64,000 nucleotides of DNA from Yuukianura sp. NJ FZ-2021 (lineage: Eukaryota). The stretch covers positions 682,001 to 746,000 of the forward strand of contig CM102285.1 of NCBI GenBank assembly GCA_046563655.1, read 5' to 3'. Numbering within the stretch: the stretch's first letter is position 1; each line of letters opens with the position of its first letter. Under the pieces are notes generated by a model. It did no database searches. It was not told the origin of the DNA and worked only from the letters and a program-made list of their open reading frames with translations. A program made the translations under genes and the position numbers. Shown here in pieces: positions 51,782 to 64,000 of the stretch.

Positions 51782-54251
51782 ATGACAAAAATATTGATGC
51801 AACATTTTCAAATACTTGTCATCTTTTGTGTTCTTCAAATCCCGTTTTTGGATGTCTGGTAAGTCCTTGCTTGTAAAAACGGTTCTTGAGACAATAGCGC
51901 TATGATCCTATTGTTCTAAACATTTTAGAGTGCAAAGATTACAAGAAAGTTTGACATGCGAATTAGAAATGTTGCAGTAATTTTTCAGCTTCGGAGTTGA
52001 AACTATAAATACGTGAATGTCTTATAAATTTTTCATTGGATTTCAGTAATGCTTTGGGAAATTTTGACTTTTCGTGGCAAAATTCAAATCAAGAGGGCCA
52101 TCTCTCTCAGATTTTTGAGCATTTAGATCAGGGGTCATCGGGGTCAAACCGAATTCCGAGGTCACTTCCTCAGCACTTCAAAGCTCTTGAAATGTATGAC
52201 AAAGAATCTCCGCCCCCAAAAGTAAATGGCACTGGAGTTCCTGTTAAATTTACAGTCCTCATCTACAGTGTACGCGGAGTCAACGAAATTGAGCAGGTCA
52301 ACTTTCGAAAATTTTGTAAAAAAAAAAGAAAAAGAAAAAGAAAAATTTCAAAAACATCATACAAATTTTTTTTAAAGGAACTAACAATTGAAATGCGTCT
52401 GCAAATTTGGTGGTTGGACTCTCGACTAGATGCGTGGAAAAGTCACGTGCCAAAGAAATACATTTCTATTACTAAAGACGTTGATGCTAAACTATGGCAC
52501 CCAGATATCTGCATTGGTACAAAAAATCACAAATTTGAAGAAAAAAATCCAAAAGTTCCAAAAAATGAACTCTTTTTTTTTTTTTTTTTTTGAAATTTTC
52601 AGACTTTGTGAAAGAAATTATACAACCAAAACTGCTAGGAACGACTGCAGTTTCAACGCGTTACTACAAAAATGGTTATATCCGAACTTCGGCCCGACTT
52701 ACAATTCGTATGGCATGTCCCATGGCATTCCACTACTATCCAGTAGACCAACAAGTAAAAACATATTATATTATATAAATTTGAAATATATATTATTTAA
52801 ATTAATATAATAATATAACTTAATCAGGAATGCCACATAGACATGAAGAGTTACGCCTACACCAATGACATTTTGGCGCTGCAGTGGGACGAAGGAAAAA
52901 ATAATTTGGTTTTGATGAAACCCGGCTTGGATTTGCCCAACTTTGCATTGGCTTTGGATTTCCCAAGATCCTCATCACTCCGTACAGGATCAGGTATTTT
53001 GAAATAATATAAATAAAATAATTAATATAATATTAAAATATTTTAATAAATATAACTTAGTATCTGTCTGTGTACAGGCAACTACTACTCATCAGTTGCG
53101 TTCACGGTTCTCTTAAGAAGGAAACTTGCCTACCATTTTATTCAGACCTACCTCCCTTCCTTCGTCTTTGTTGTTATTTCTTGGCTTGTAAGTTGAAAAA
53201 ATGCCACCATTTTTTGTTTAAATTTTATGTTTTTTGAAACCAAAAATTTTGAAGTTCACTGACCTATGACTTTTCTAGTCATTTTTAGTGCCGCCAGAGT
53301 CAGTGCCAGGACGAATGGCCATTTGCATGACAACGCTCCTCTCATTAGCAACTATGTTTGGGGGTATTCGTCAATCGGTGCCTAAAGTGTCCTATCCTAA
53401 AGGTTACCGTAGTTTTCAAAAAAAAATTTTTTGACATAATCACAAAAATTTGATTTTCAATTTTGATTTTGCGTTTTTTTTAATTTGAATTTTAGCTCTT
53501 GATATCTGGATGGTAGCTTGCATATTCTTTGCCTTCCTTGCTCTCGTTGAGTACGCCCTTGTACTAAAGTAAGATGATCAAAAAAGTTCTAACACAGTAA
53601 ATTCTTCTGTTCATGCTTAAAATAATATAAAAATTTTATAATACGTATAATTTTATAATTTTATGATTTTATAAATATGTAATCATTTTTCTTTGTACAG
53701 AATGCGAGCGTTGGTTCCAAAAGAACAAGAACGACAAGTTAGGAAAGCCAGTCTTGCACCACCGCCGTTTTTAGAAACTACTGATGAGGTATGAAATTAA
53801 CTTTTAACATATAGTTTATTTATTTATATATTTATAATTTAGTTATTTATATACTTAATTTAATATTTAATAATATACTATTGTATATCATACAATTTTG
53901 GTATTCAGACAAAACGGGCGGGAACAAATTCAGAAGTTACTCAACCTCCGCCTGTTCCCTACAACAAGTATGCATATTTGGTCAGAATGGCAGAGAGCTA
54001 CACTTGGCTACTAGTTATCATAATGTTCGGAATATTTAATTTGGTAAGAACATATGCAACTACACCACATTTACATAATATAAATTTAACTAAACTATGA
54101 AAATACTTGGCAGTACACTATGTATTGTATACCGCTCACTACTACATTTTTTTGCATGCAGATTTATTGGCCATGGCTCTTAACTTCTTCAGGCTATTAC
54201 ACCAAATTTGGAGAAGATTTGTTCTACAATAAAGATGATGTATCCACCTAA
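51782..54251 (+). CDS. Cys-loop ligand-gated ion channel subunit B, likely anion-selective
   Basis: Signal peptide, LWHPDI, Cys loop CPMAFHYYPVDQQEC, M1 YHFIQTYLPS, M2 SVPGRMAICMTTLLSL, KALDIW, M4 FNLIYW. Confidence 0.9.
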
Positions 54252-55002
54252 TTACAGAAATTATGTAGAAAATTTTATGAAAGTGCATGTGAACTTTTGG
54301 GTTTAACAACTCATAAAAGTATTACATCTTATGTATTACATACATGTTACCTGAAATAAACTTTTGCTAAAACTAACAACATTCAAGCAAACAAAATGCA
54401 GCATTACCATTTACGAAATTTTTGTGTTCAATAAAAACTTGATAATTTGAATCCTTTTTGTTTTCAAATGAGAAATTTTGGCACTTTATTTTTTGTGACC
54501 TACAGCGCCTTATAATTTATGTAATTACCGATGTAATTATGTGAACGGGTAAACTTCATACTAAAACTGTGAAGGTTTAATTGCATGTTCATAATATATA
54601 TTTTTTATATCACCTGTGACACTATCGTCAGTTACACTGCCATATATTACACTTTATGCATTATTAAGTCGAAAATTGTTCGCTACTTTATGTTTTCCCG
54701 TCTGTCTGTCTGTCTGTCACTAGGCTGGTGACCATAACTCGAAAAATGGACCAATTTTGAATCTGTCCTCACAGATAAATTTAACATAGTCTGAGAGTTA
54801 CCAGTTTCAGGTTTGACGTATATTTTTGTGCCACAAAATTTTAATTTTCACAAAATTGGCATTTTACGATTATGTAGTTGATAGCCTACGCGGACAGAGC
54901 TGCTACCCAGATTCATCCAGCGTTGGTTCGATTCCCGTACAGACTAAAAAAACTATTAGGCTAGGCTATGTTTCCTGTCGCCGTTACTAACACAGTCTAT
55001 GT

Positions 55003-55498
55003 TTATTGTGTTCCCATAAGCACAAATGCTACGCCTCGGGCAATGTTGTCCAGCAAAGTCAACTTGGCTTTTGCTTCCATGTAGTAGAAGGACCCAATTT
55101 GACATTTCAAAGTGGGTTGACTCTTCAGCAGTCTGCTCAGATATGCTCGTTCAGTAAGTGTGCAACCACGCGTCTCCATGGCAACAGTCACATTTCGCTG
55201 AAATTGGACGCTCGTATTGTACACTTTTGACATCATGATTGCTCCAGGGGGAATGATGACCATTAAAATAGCAAAACACATAAAAAAGATAATGTTGAAT
55301 GCCAGCGAGATTTGATTGCGCAGGCGTACGACGCAGTACACCGAAATGTAAATTGCGAGCACTCCACTTAGCTTGAATACTGGAATATTGATGGTTCCGT
55401 AGACAATGTTATGCAGATCGGTCAAGAGCCGCATGACTCTGTATACGGCTGCGCAGTCAGTTCGGTCGATTCTGCGCAGGCCATTGCAAACTAAAGTA
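55003..55498 (-). CDS. GR/OR-like receptor, last exon only (cut by the gap)
   Basis: KSQPTLKCQIGSFYYMEAKAKLTLLDNIARGVAFVLMGTQ*, paralogous to downstream copies. Confidence 0.55.
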
Positions 55499-55599
55499 AN
55501 NNNNNNNNNNNNNNNNNNNNNNNNNNNNNNNNNNNNNNNNNNNNNNNNNNNNNNNNNNNNNNNNNNNNNNNNNNNNNNNNNNNNNNNNNNNNNNNNNNN
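55499..55599. other. Assembly gap
   Basis: Run of about 100 N. Confidence 0.99.
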
Positions 55600-56542
55600 T
55601 ATGCAGGTCCGTCAGAAGGCGCATGATTCTGTACACTGATGCGCAATCGGCCAAAGTCGGTTGATTCTGCGCAGAAAGTTTGCGCAGACGTTCTGAATTC
55701 ATCGGCCATTTCAAACTAAAGTAAGAAGAAACCATACTAAGAGTGGAACTTAATTTAGGGATGAAAATATTTAAAAAATCAGTCAAATTTGGTATTTTAG
55801 CAAAACTTTGGGAAAATGGCGAGAAAGTGCAGTTTTTACATAAATTTGAAAAACTTTGAAAATACTAAGAGGCAGCACGTACCAGCATTTGTTGAGCCAA
55901 AATGTTGTGACAAACATGGACGGAATGAAAGTAGCTAACAGAAGAATGAGGTCATACACAATGATCAACGCAACAACAATTGCGTATGGCACGTACATAC
56001 TCAATTCCATGAAATTTAAAATTTCGTACGTCGGAGTTAAGTTGATTGCAACGCCGGTAAGAAAAGCCACTGGACATACAACAAGCACAAAATGTTTGTG
56101 GAGGTACTCACGCAATTTTGTATTTCCGTTTTCTCCATACAAGTATTTTTCTGTAAGAATTTCAAAATTCAAAATTTTGATTTTTGAATTTTCGAATTTC
56201 CTTACGCATGAAGACATTGGTCTGGAGGAGATTTGCAACCAGATGGAAAACTTCCGTCGACCGGAGAAGAAATCCAAATCGTACCAAAATTGACGCCATT
56301 GATACATACATTCCAAACAAAAGTAAAACTATTTTGTCCAATTCTAAATTTTGAATTTTGGAGAAGAGAAATAGAATGTTTCCCATTTGAACACAAAGTG
56401 CCAAAATATTTAAGATCACAACTTTTAAGTTGGATGTGATTTCAACAACGAGTTCTTTCCGATAAGAAATCGGTCCCAAGTTAAAAATTGTCAAAATTTG
56501 AAGCGTCTTTTCGAAAAAACGGATTTCCCTCAACGACAACAT
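55600..56542 (-). CDS. GR/OR-like receptor, 5' portion (cut by the gap)
   Basis: MLSLREIRFFEKTLQILTIFNLGPISY..., highly similar to 59606-60947. Confidence 0.6.
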
Positions 56543-57030
56543 TTTTCAACTGTTATACCTTTGACAAAAATTTCAAAACGTCCGCAAACATTCTCGCCCT
56601 ACGTTTATCGGCAAACTGACAACAAAAATTTATTCCATTTTTTTGAAATTCAACAGACGAGAATTTTTTTTTTAATTTTTAAAATTACCGACATTACATA
56701 TGCCACTTGCTACCTAATTTTTTTGTCTAACTTTACAACAGTATGCAATCAATGTAGAAAGCGTGTGATAATGCAACTGTAGCCACCAAAATTATGAAGT
56801 GTGTATTTAAATACACACGCGTGTGTATAATTTAATGTAATTGACATTTGTTAATTATGAACTAAAAATCTTGAATTTACTAGTTTAAAAGAAAACTTAA
56901 TAACTACTTTCCACCTCCTAAAGTGTCAAAAACTGTCACTATCATTATGGTTTTTTGAAAACTCAACACATCATTTATTCTTTACCAGCGTTTTAGCGCC
57001 TTTTTTTTCAAAATTTACTAAATTTTGGTT

Positions 57031-58625
57031 TTACTGTGTTCCCATAAGCACAAATACAATTCCTCGTGTAATGTTGTCTGCCAAAGTCAATTTAGCCATT
57101 GCCTCCATGTAGTAAAAGGCGCCAATTTGACATTTCAAGACTGGTTGACTCTTCACCAATCTCGTCAGATACGCACGCTCTTCGCGTGCGCAAAGTCGCG
57201 TTGCCATAGCAAGGGACATTTGTCGTGGAAACTTTACCGTCGTATTGTACACGTTAGACATGATGATTGCCCCAAGAAGAAGAGCGAATAGGGAACTGGC
57301 CAAGCAGAAGCAAAATATGATGCTGACCAGAGGCGAGATCTCACTGCGTAAACGTACTGTACAGTACACCGTAGCGTAAATGGCTGTCACTGCACCTAGT
57401 TTTATTGCTGGTAAGAAGATGGAGCCATAGACCATGTTGTTCAGGTTCATCAAAAGACGCATCAGTTTGTATACTTCGATGCAGTTAACGAAATTCCCTG
57501 GATACTGCGCAGAAGGTATGCGCAATTCCTCAGTTTCGCTTGGGTTCAACAGCCATTCCAAGCTAGAAACATGCATTACAGTGTAAAAAAAATCTCAAAA
57601 GTGGTTATAAAACTATATATGCCATATACTATATATTATATACTATATTATATGTGTGTATGCTATATACTATATACTATATTATATGATGTGTGTATGC
57701 TATATACTATGTACTATATTATATGATGTATGTATGCTATATACTATATACTATATTATATGATGTATGTATGTAATATATTATATACTATATTATATGA
57801 TGTATGTATGCTATATACTATATACTATATTATATGATGTATGTATGCTATATATTGTATACTATATTTTATGATGTATATATGCTGTATATTATATGCT
57901 GCATATTATATACTATATATAGTATGTATGTACTTACCAGCATTTTTTGAGCCAGAATGATATGACAAACATAGATGGCGTAAATGTAGCAAATACAAGA
58001 GTAATGTCATGCGCAATGGGCACAGTTGCAATAAATATGCATGGCACAAATGCACTCAACTCTGGCAACGTCAAATTGTCGTAGATTGAAATAACATTTG
58101 CTGCAACAAGTGTAAGTAGAGTAGTGGGGAAAACTATAATCAAAAATTGCTGGTAACAGAATTCACGCAATTTGGTTCTCGGAATTTCCTTTGACGAAAG
58201 TTTTCCTAAAATAACAAATATTTTCAAAAAAATGTTTGAACCTTTTTTAAGCTGAATTTTTTATCCGTAGTTGATTTAGGCTTACGCATAAGTTTGTTGA
58301 CTTGCAGTAAGTTGTTTGCAAGATTGGCAAACTGATTTGCATAAATAAGGAATGCAAATCGGTATAATATTCCGCCAACTATTGTACAAAAAATTGCAAA
58401 CGCTATTACAATCCTTTGGTTTTCTGTTGAATTTGGAATTTGGCGAGAAGTAAACCAAATGACTCCAATTTGAAGTGTAAGCGCCAAAATATTCAACACT
58501 TCAATTCTTTTTCTGGATGTAGCATCCACAGCGTGGCCACTTCGAAACGAAATCGGTCCAAGACCAAATGCGGACGAAATTAGAAGCATCTTCTTCAACA
58601 CAGAAACTTCCTTTGGCGACAACAT
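57031..58625 (-). CDS. GR/OR-like multi-pass receptor (3 exons), divergent member
   Basis: Hydrophobic exons; C-terminus KSQPVLKCQIGAFYYMEAMAKLTLADNITRGIVFVLMGTQ. Confidence 0.65.
57612..57932. repeat. AT-rich ~37-bp minisatellite in an intron
   Basis: Unit approximately TATATACTATATACTATATTATATGATGTATGTATGC. Confidence 0.9.
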
Positions 58626-59605
58626 TGTTTGGGTTTGATAAATAACTCAAATTCGTATGTTCAAGCAATTGAATTATTGTTTTATTCCAAGACTGACTAA
58701 ACCCTGAGGTGGCAAAATCTCCAATCAACCTGCACCAGCACACTGAAAATGTTTAAAAAAATTTTTGCCAGGTAAAAACGCTAAAAAGTAAAAAAAATGG
58801 TTTCAAATTTTCAAAATTAGACGTAAAGTCAATCAAAAGCAGACATTTTAACTTATTTCAGAATTTCCTTCAACCCGTCTTTCACTTCTGTAATCATGTA
58901 ATTCCGTCATCTGCCATGCACTTTTAACTGTCAAGTATGAACCATAATTATGGTGAACACTATTTTGAACGATAAGTTGTACTCGAAGGTGTTTTGCAAC
59001 TTTTTTTTAGTTTAGTTTAGTTTATACTATACACAATTATTCAAACGTTTTAAAAAGGTGTGCAAAGGGGCGACGCCCCAACCCGCCACTCACCTTGTCA
59101 CTTTGGTGTCGAAACTTTCTCATTTTATTTTCCATGCGCTCGTGTAATTATACATATTTGACAAAAATCAAAAAAATATAATTGTCCACAATTCAACTAA
59201 AATTCCGAAAAAAAAACATCAGATGGTTAGCTGTTACAAACCGCTGTATTTTTGCTACAGTCTAATAACCAGACTTGCCAAAAATATTTAGCTTGAACCC
59301 TGTACTGTTAACAAAATCAATATTTCGGGCATTTTTGCAACGAAATATTTATTTATTTTTCAATGCCTTTAAAGTTAACTTTAGTAAGTTAAATAATGTT
59401 CAGTAAATTTTTCGAGCTTTTTCAGTATAACTCGTATTTATTTAATATTTCGATAGTTTTTAGTAATTATTTTTGGCAGCCATACAAATAGCGTTGAATT
59501 ACACAAGAATTACTATTAGCAGGTTTTTCCTAATCCATACTACATTGACCTTGGAACTTTCAATTTTAAACTCCCGCCCAGATCACCACGTCGGGCAACC
59601 GCTGC

Positions 59606-60947
59606 TCACTGTGTTCCCATTAGAACAAATGCAATGCCGCGTACAATGTTGTCCAGCAACGTCAACTTGGCTTTTGCTTCCATGTAGTAGAAAGAGCCAA
59701 TTTGACACTTCAAAGTGGGTTGACTCTTCAGCAGTCTGCTCAGATATGCTCGTTCAGTAAGAGTACAGCGACGCGTCTCCATGGCAACAGTCACATTTCG
59801 CTGAAATTGGACGCTCGTATTGTACACTTTTGACATCATGATTGCTCCAGGAGGAATGATGACCATTAAAATAGCAAAACACATAAAAAAGATGCTGGTG
59901 AATGCTGTCGAGATTTGATTGCGCAGTCGTACAACGCAGTACACCGAAATGTAAGTTGCGAGCACTCCGCTCAACTTTATCACCGGAATATTGATGGTTC
60001 CGTAGACAATGTTATGCAGGTCGGTCAGAAGCCGCATGACTCTGTACACTGATGCGCAATCGCCCAAAGTCGGTTGATTCTGCGCAGAAAGTTTGCGCAG
60101 ACCTTCTGAATTCATCGGCCATTTCAAACTAAAGTAAGAAGAAACCATACTAAGAGTGGAACTTCTCTTACAACTGAAACTATTTAAAAAAATCACTTGG
60201 TATTCTAGTAAAATTTCTGGAAAATGGTGGGAAAGTACAGTTTTGACATAAATTTGAAAAACTTTGAAAATACAAAGAGGCACGTACCAGCATTTGTTGA
60301 GCCAAAATGTTATGACAAACATGGAAGGAATGAAAGCAGCGAACAGAAGAATGAGGTCATACACAATGACCACTGCCACAACGATTGCGTATGGAACATA
60401 CAAGCTCAATTCCGCCAAATTTAAAATTTCGTACGTTGGAGTTAAGTTGACTGCAACGCTGGTAAGAAAAGCCGCTGGATATACAGCAACAACAAAATGC
60501 GTGTAGAAGTACTCGCGCAATTTTGCACTTCCGTTTTCCCCATCCCCGTATTTTTCTATAAAACTTTGAAAATTCAAAATTTTGATTTTTGAATTTTTGA
60601 ATTTCCTTACGCATGACGGCATTGATCTGAAGGAGATTTGCAACCAGATGGGCAACTTCTGTCGAGTGGAGAAGAAATCCAAATCGTAGGAAAATTGACA
60701 CAATTGATCCATACATTGCAAACAAAAGTAAAACTATTTTGTCCAGTTCTAAATTTTGAATTTTGGACAAAAGAAATAGAATATTTCCCATTGGAACACA
60801 AAGTGCAAAAATATTCAAAATCACAACTTTTAATTTTGATGTTATTTCTGCAACGCGTCCATTCCGATAAGAAATGGGACCCAAGTTAAAAATTGTCAAA
60901 ATTTGAAGCGTATTTTTCAAAAAGTTGGTTTCTGTTAAAGACAACAT
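59606..60947 (-). CDS. GR/OR-like multi-pass receptor (3 exons)
   Basis: MLSLTETNFLKNTLQ... to ...RGIAFVLMGTQ*; same intron positions as paralogs. Confidence 0.68.
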
Positions 60948-61687
60948 TATTTTTCGATAAACGGAGGTTCGGTATTTGTAAGCTTTGAAGTCGACGTCTA
61001 TTTTCAGTATGACATCAACATTCCACATTACCAGGAATTAAAGAAACTACTTCTTTTTTTAAATTATAGACAATGTAAAGTATAAAACTTTTTCACGCCA
61101 CGCGTGTCAATAATGACATTTCTCATGTCATATGTATGAACTCCGGTTTTGTGAATCTATCGGGTGTACCATAAGTCCGTTGGATCTTTTTTCTCCCTGT
61201 GTAACTTCTCCATCTCATCTCCTATCTCTCCCTGTGGAGTTTTTGGAGCTTATAAGCTTTGTGTGGAGAAAGACCAAACGGACTTATGGTACACCCGATA
61301 TAATTGTGTAAAAGAAAAAATTCCTGAACAAAAAAATTATGTACAAAGCGACATATGAAAAGACGCCTAAAAATTAAAATTATATCGAGAGACACGATTA
61401 TTAGAAGCGTTGAGAAGGTAAATACAGTAGACTCCGTAAATTCTGAAATACTAATTTATGCCTTTACTTTTCATTCAGTGCTGAATTTAGCGAAGCCCTT
61501 AAGTTACAACCTTCACTAAAAGCTATGTTAATTGAACACCCATTTGATTTACAATCATAATACTACATACCACGCAATACAGCTCTTGGATTTTCTAAAC
61601 AAAAATGTAGTTAGATACCTAGAAATTTTACAATTTTGAATTGATTTTGAAATTTGTCGCATGAATTTGTGGCTGATCGTGAGTTGC

Positions 61688-63047
61688 TTACTGAGTTCCC
61701 ATAAGAACAAATGCTATTCCTCTTACAATGTTGTCAGCCAATGTCAGCTTAGCTTTTGCTTCCATGTGGTAAAAGGCGCCAATTTGACATTTCAAAACGG
61801 GCTGACTCTTCACCAGTCTAGTCAGATATGGACGTTTGTCACGTGAAACATGAGTCGTCATGGCTACCATCATATTTCGACGCGTCTCCATGGCAACAGT
61901 CACATTTCGCTGAAATTGGACGCTCGTATTGTACACTTTGGACATCATGATTGCTCCAGGGGGAATGATGACCATTAAAATAGCAAAACACATAAAAAAG
62001 ATGATGTTGAATGCCAGCGAGATTTGATTGCGCAGGCGTACCACGCAGTACACCGAAATGTAAATTGCGAACACTCCACTCAGCTTGAATACTGGAATAT
62101 TGATGGTTCCGTAGACAATGTTATGCAGATCGGTCAGGAGTCGCATGACTCTGTATACGGCTGCGCAGTCTGTCAGATTCGGTCGATTCTGCGCAGGCCA
62201 TTGCAAACTAAAGTAAAAAAAAATAATCAGTAGTGGGAGTTTTAATTTACGGCTCAAAATATGTTCAAAATTCTCTCACTTACACAAAATTTTCGAGAAC
62301 AGAATGGAGAAAAATGCTGTTTTCACACAAATTCAAAAACTTTGAAAACATAAAGAGGCACGTACCAGCATTTGTTGAGCGAAAAAGTTATGACAAACAT
62401 GGACGGAATGAAAGTAGCGAACAGAAGAATGACGTCATGCACAAGAACCAATGCCACAACAGTTGCATATGGCACGTAAGCAGTCAATTCCGCCAAATTT
62501 AAAATTTCGTACGTCGGAGTTAAATTAACTGCAACGCCGATAAGCAAGGCTGCTGGGTATACTGCTGTAACAAAATGCGTGTAAAGGTACTCACGCAATT
62601 TCATATTTTGGTTTTCTCCATACTCGTATTTTTCTATAAAAAATTTGAGCATTTCAAATCTTGGGTTTCAAAAAAGTTGTTAAATTTTATAAAATTGTGT
62701 TAAATCTTACGCATGATTGTATTAATCTGAAGGATATTGGCAACAAGATGGACTAGTTGCCTTGAGTGCATAAGAAATCCAAATCGTAGCAAAATTGACA
62801 CAATTGAGCCATACATTCCAAACAAAAGTAAAACTAATTTGTCCATTTCTAAATTTTGGATTTTGGACAAAAGAAATAGAATGTTTCCCATTTGAACACA
62901 AAGTGCCAAAATATTAAAAATGACAACTTTTAAGTTGGATGTGATTTCTGCAACGAGTCCATTCTGATAAGAAATCGGTCCCAAGTTAAAAATTGTCAAA
63001 ATTTGAAGCGTCTTTTCGAAAAACCGGATTTCCATTAACGACAACAT
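61688..63047 (-). CDS. GR/OR-like multi-pass receptor (3 exons), apparently chimeric
   Basis: MLSLMEIRFFEKTLQ... to ...RGIAFVLMGTQ*, with an internal ~10-aa duplication. Confidence 0.65.
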
Positions 63048-64000
63048 TTTGAAACTTTTGCACCTTTACAAAAAATTCAAAATATCCTCTGACATTCCCG
63101 CTCTACGTTTACCTGCAAACTGAAAAGAGAAATTTATTGAATTTTTCCGGAGTAACACATGAGAATGTTTTCTTAAAATTTAAAATTATAGGTTTTGAAT
63201 ATGTCATTTATTACTTAACATTTTTATCATTTTGTAGCACCAGTTTATAATTATATAGAGAGCGGGATGATGCAATTGTAGCCACCAAAATTATGTGGTG
63301 TATATTTAAATAGAATTTAATGTAATTAAAATTTGTTAATTACAAACTAAAAACTTTGGGTCTAGTAGTTAGAAAACGTAATAGGTACTTTACACCCGAT
63401 AACGTGTCAAAAACTGTCACTATCATTATTAGATGCCTCAACTTCGAACTTTAGAGTTCGGACATTAGAACTTGAACCGGGCTGTTTTCCTATGTTGGTT
63501 CCAAGGTTGCTATAACCACCAATCTACAACCAGTCTACAAGAGGTTATCCAGTACCTCAGCGTTTCCAAAATCTTACTTCAAACAAATTTCTGCACCAAT
63601 CCCATTTACATTACATGCACAAAGTTACCATAAAAAGTAAAATATTTTTTGTTCCAACAAATTTTAAAACTTCCAGTTACTGGACAACCTGGTGTAGAAA
63701 ATGTTTTTTTTTGGTTTACGAACCTTGGTTGGTTCGAAGTTGGAACTTGACCCAAAAGAGTTGGAACGTCAATATTGGCAAATATCGAGCAATGCAAGAA
63801 TTTCAACCAAAACTAAGGCATATTTGCCAAAACAAAATTTGTTTTAATCCGCTTTAAACCTATTTTTTCAGTTGAAAATGAAGTCAAATACTGGAGAAAA
63901 TGCACTGCAGATTTGAATTGTAATAGCCCGAGACTAATAACTAACGTTGAATTACAAGAGAATTACTAAGCATATTTTTTCTAATCCGTACTATATTGAC

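Noticed and set aside
54872-54945. tRNA gene (GGTTCGATTCCC B-box)
   Set aside because: No convincing cloverleaf; probably a decayed SINE head.

Overview
AT-rich, intron-containing animal DNA; the gene content suggests an arthropod, possibly a springtail-like hexapod, but the taxon is not established. In order, the window holds: an RR-2 cuticle protein gene; a tandem array of five SELENBP1/methanethiol oxidase paralogs plus a truncated sixth; three non-canonical histone H3 genes, each with a 3' histone stem-loop; a small Cys-rich surface protein; BBS4 with a chemoreceptor-like gene nested in one intron and a paralog downstream; a death-domain-like gene; an MLCK-like kinase; two Cys-loop channel genes; and a tandem cluster of GR/OR-like genes spanning a 100-N gap. 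The most striking item is the H3 at 20997-21401. It has Met at K9, K36 and K79 and lacks K4 but keeps K27 (a natural 'K-to-M' histone). Its neighbour at 23887 keeps those lysines and instead alters the K27-S28 motif. Several single-base frameshifts in homopolymers look like sequencing errors, so pseudogene calls based on frameshifts are tentative. All alignments were done by eye; no searches were run.
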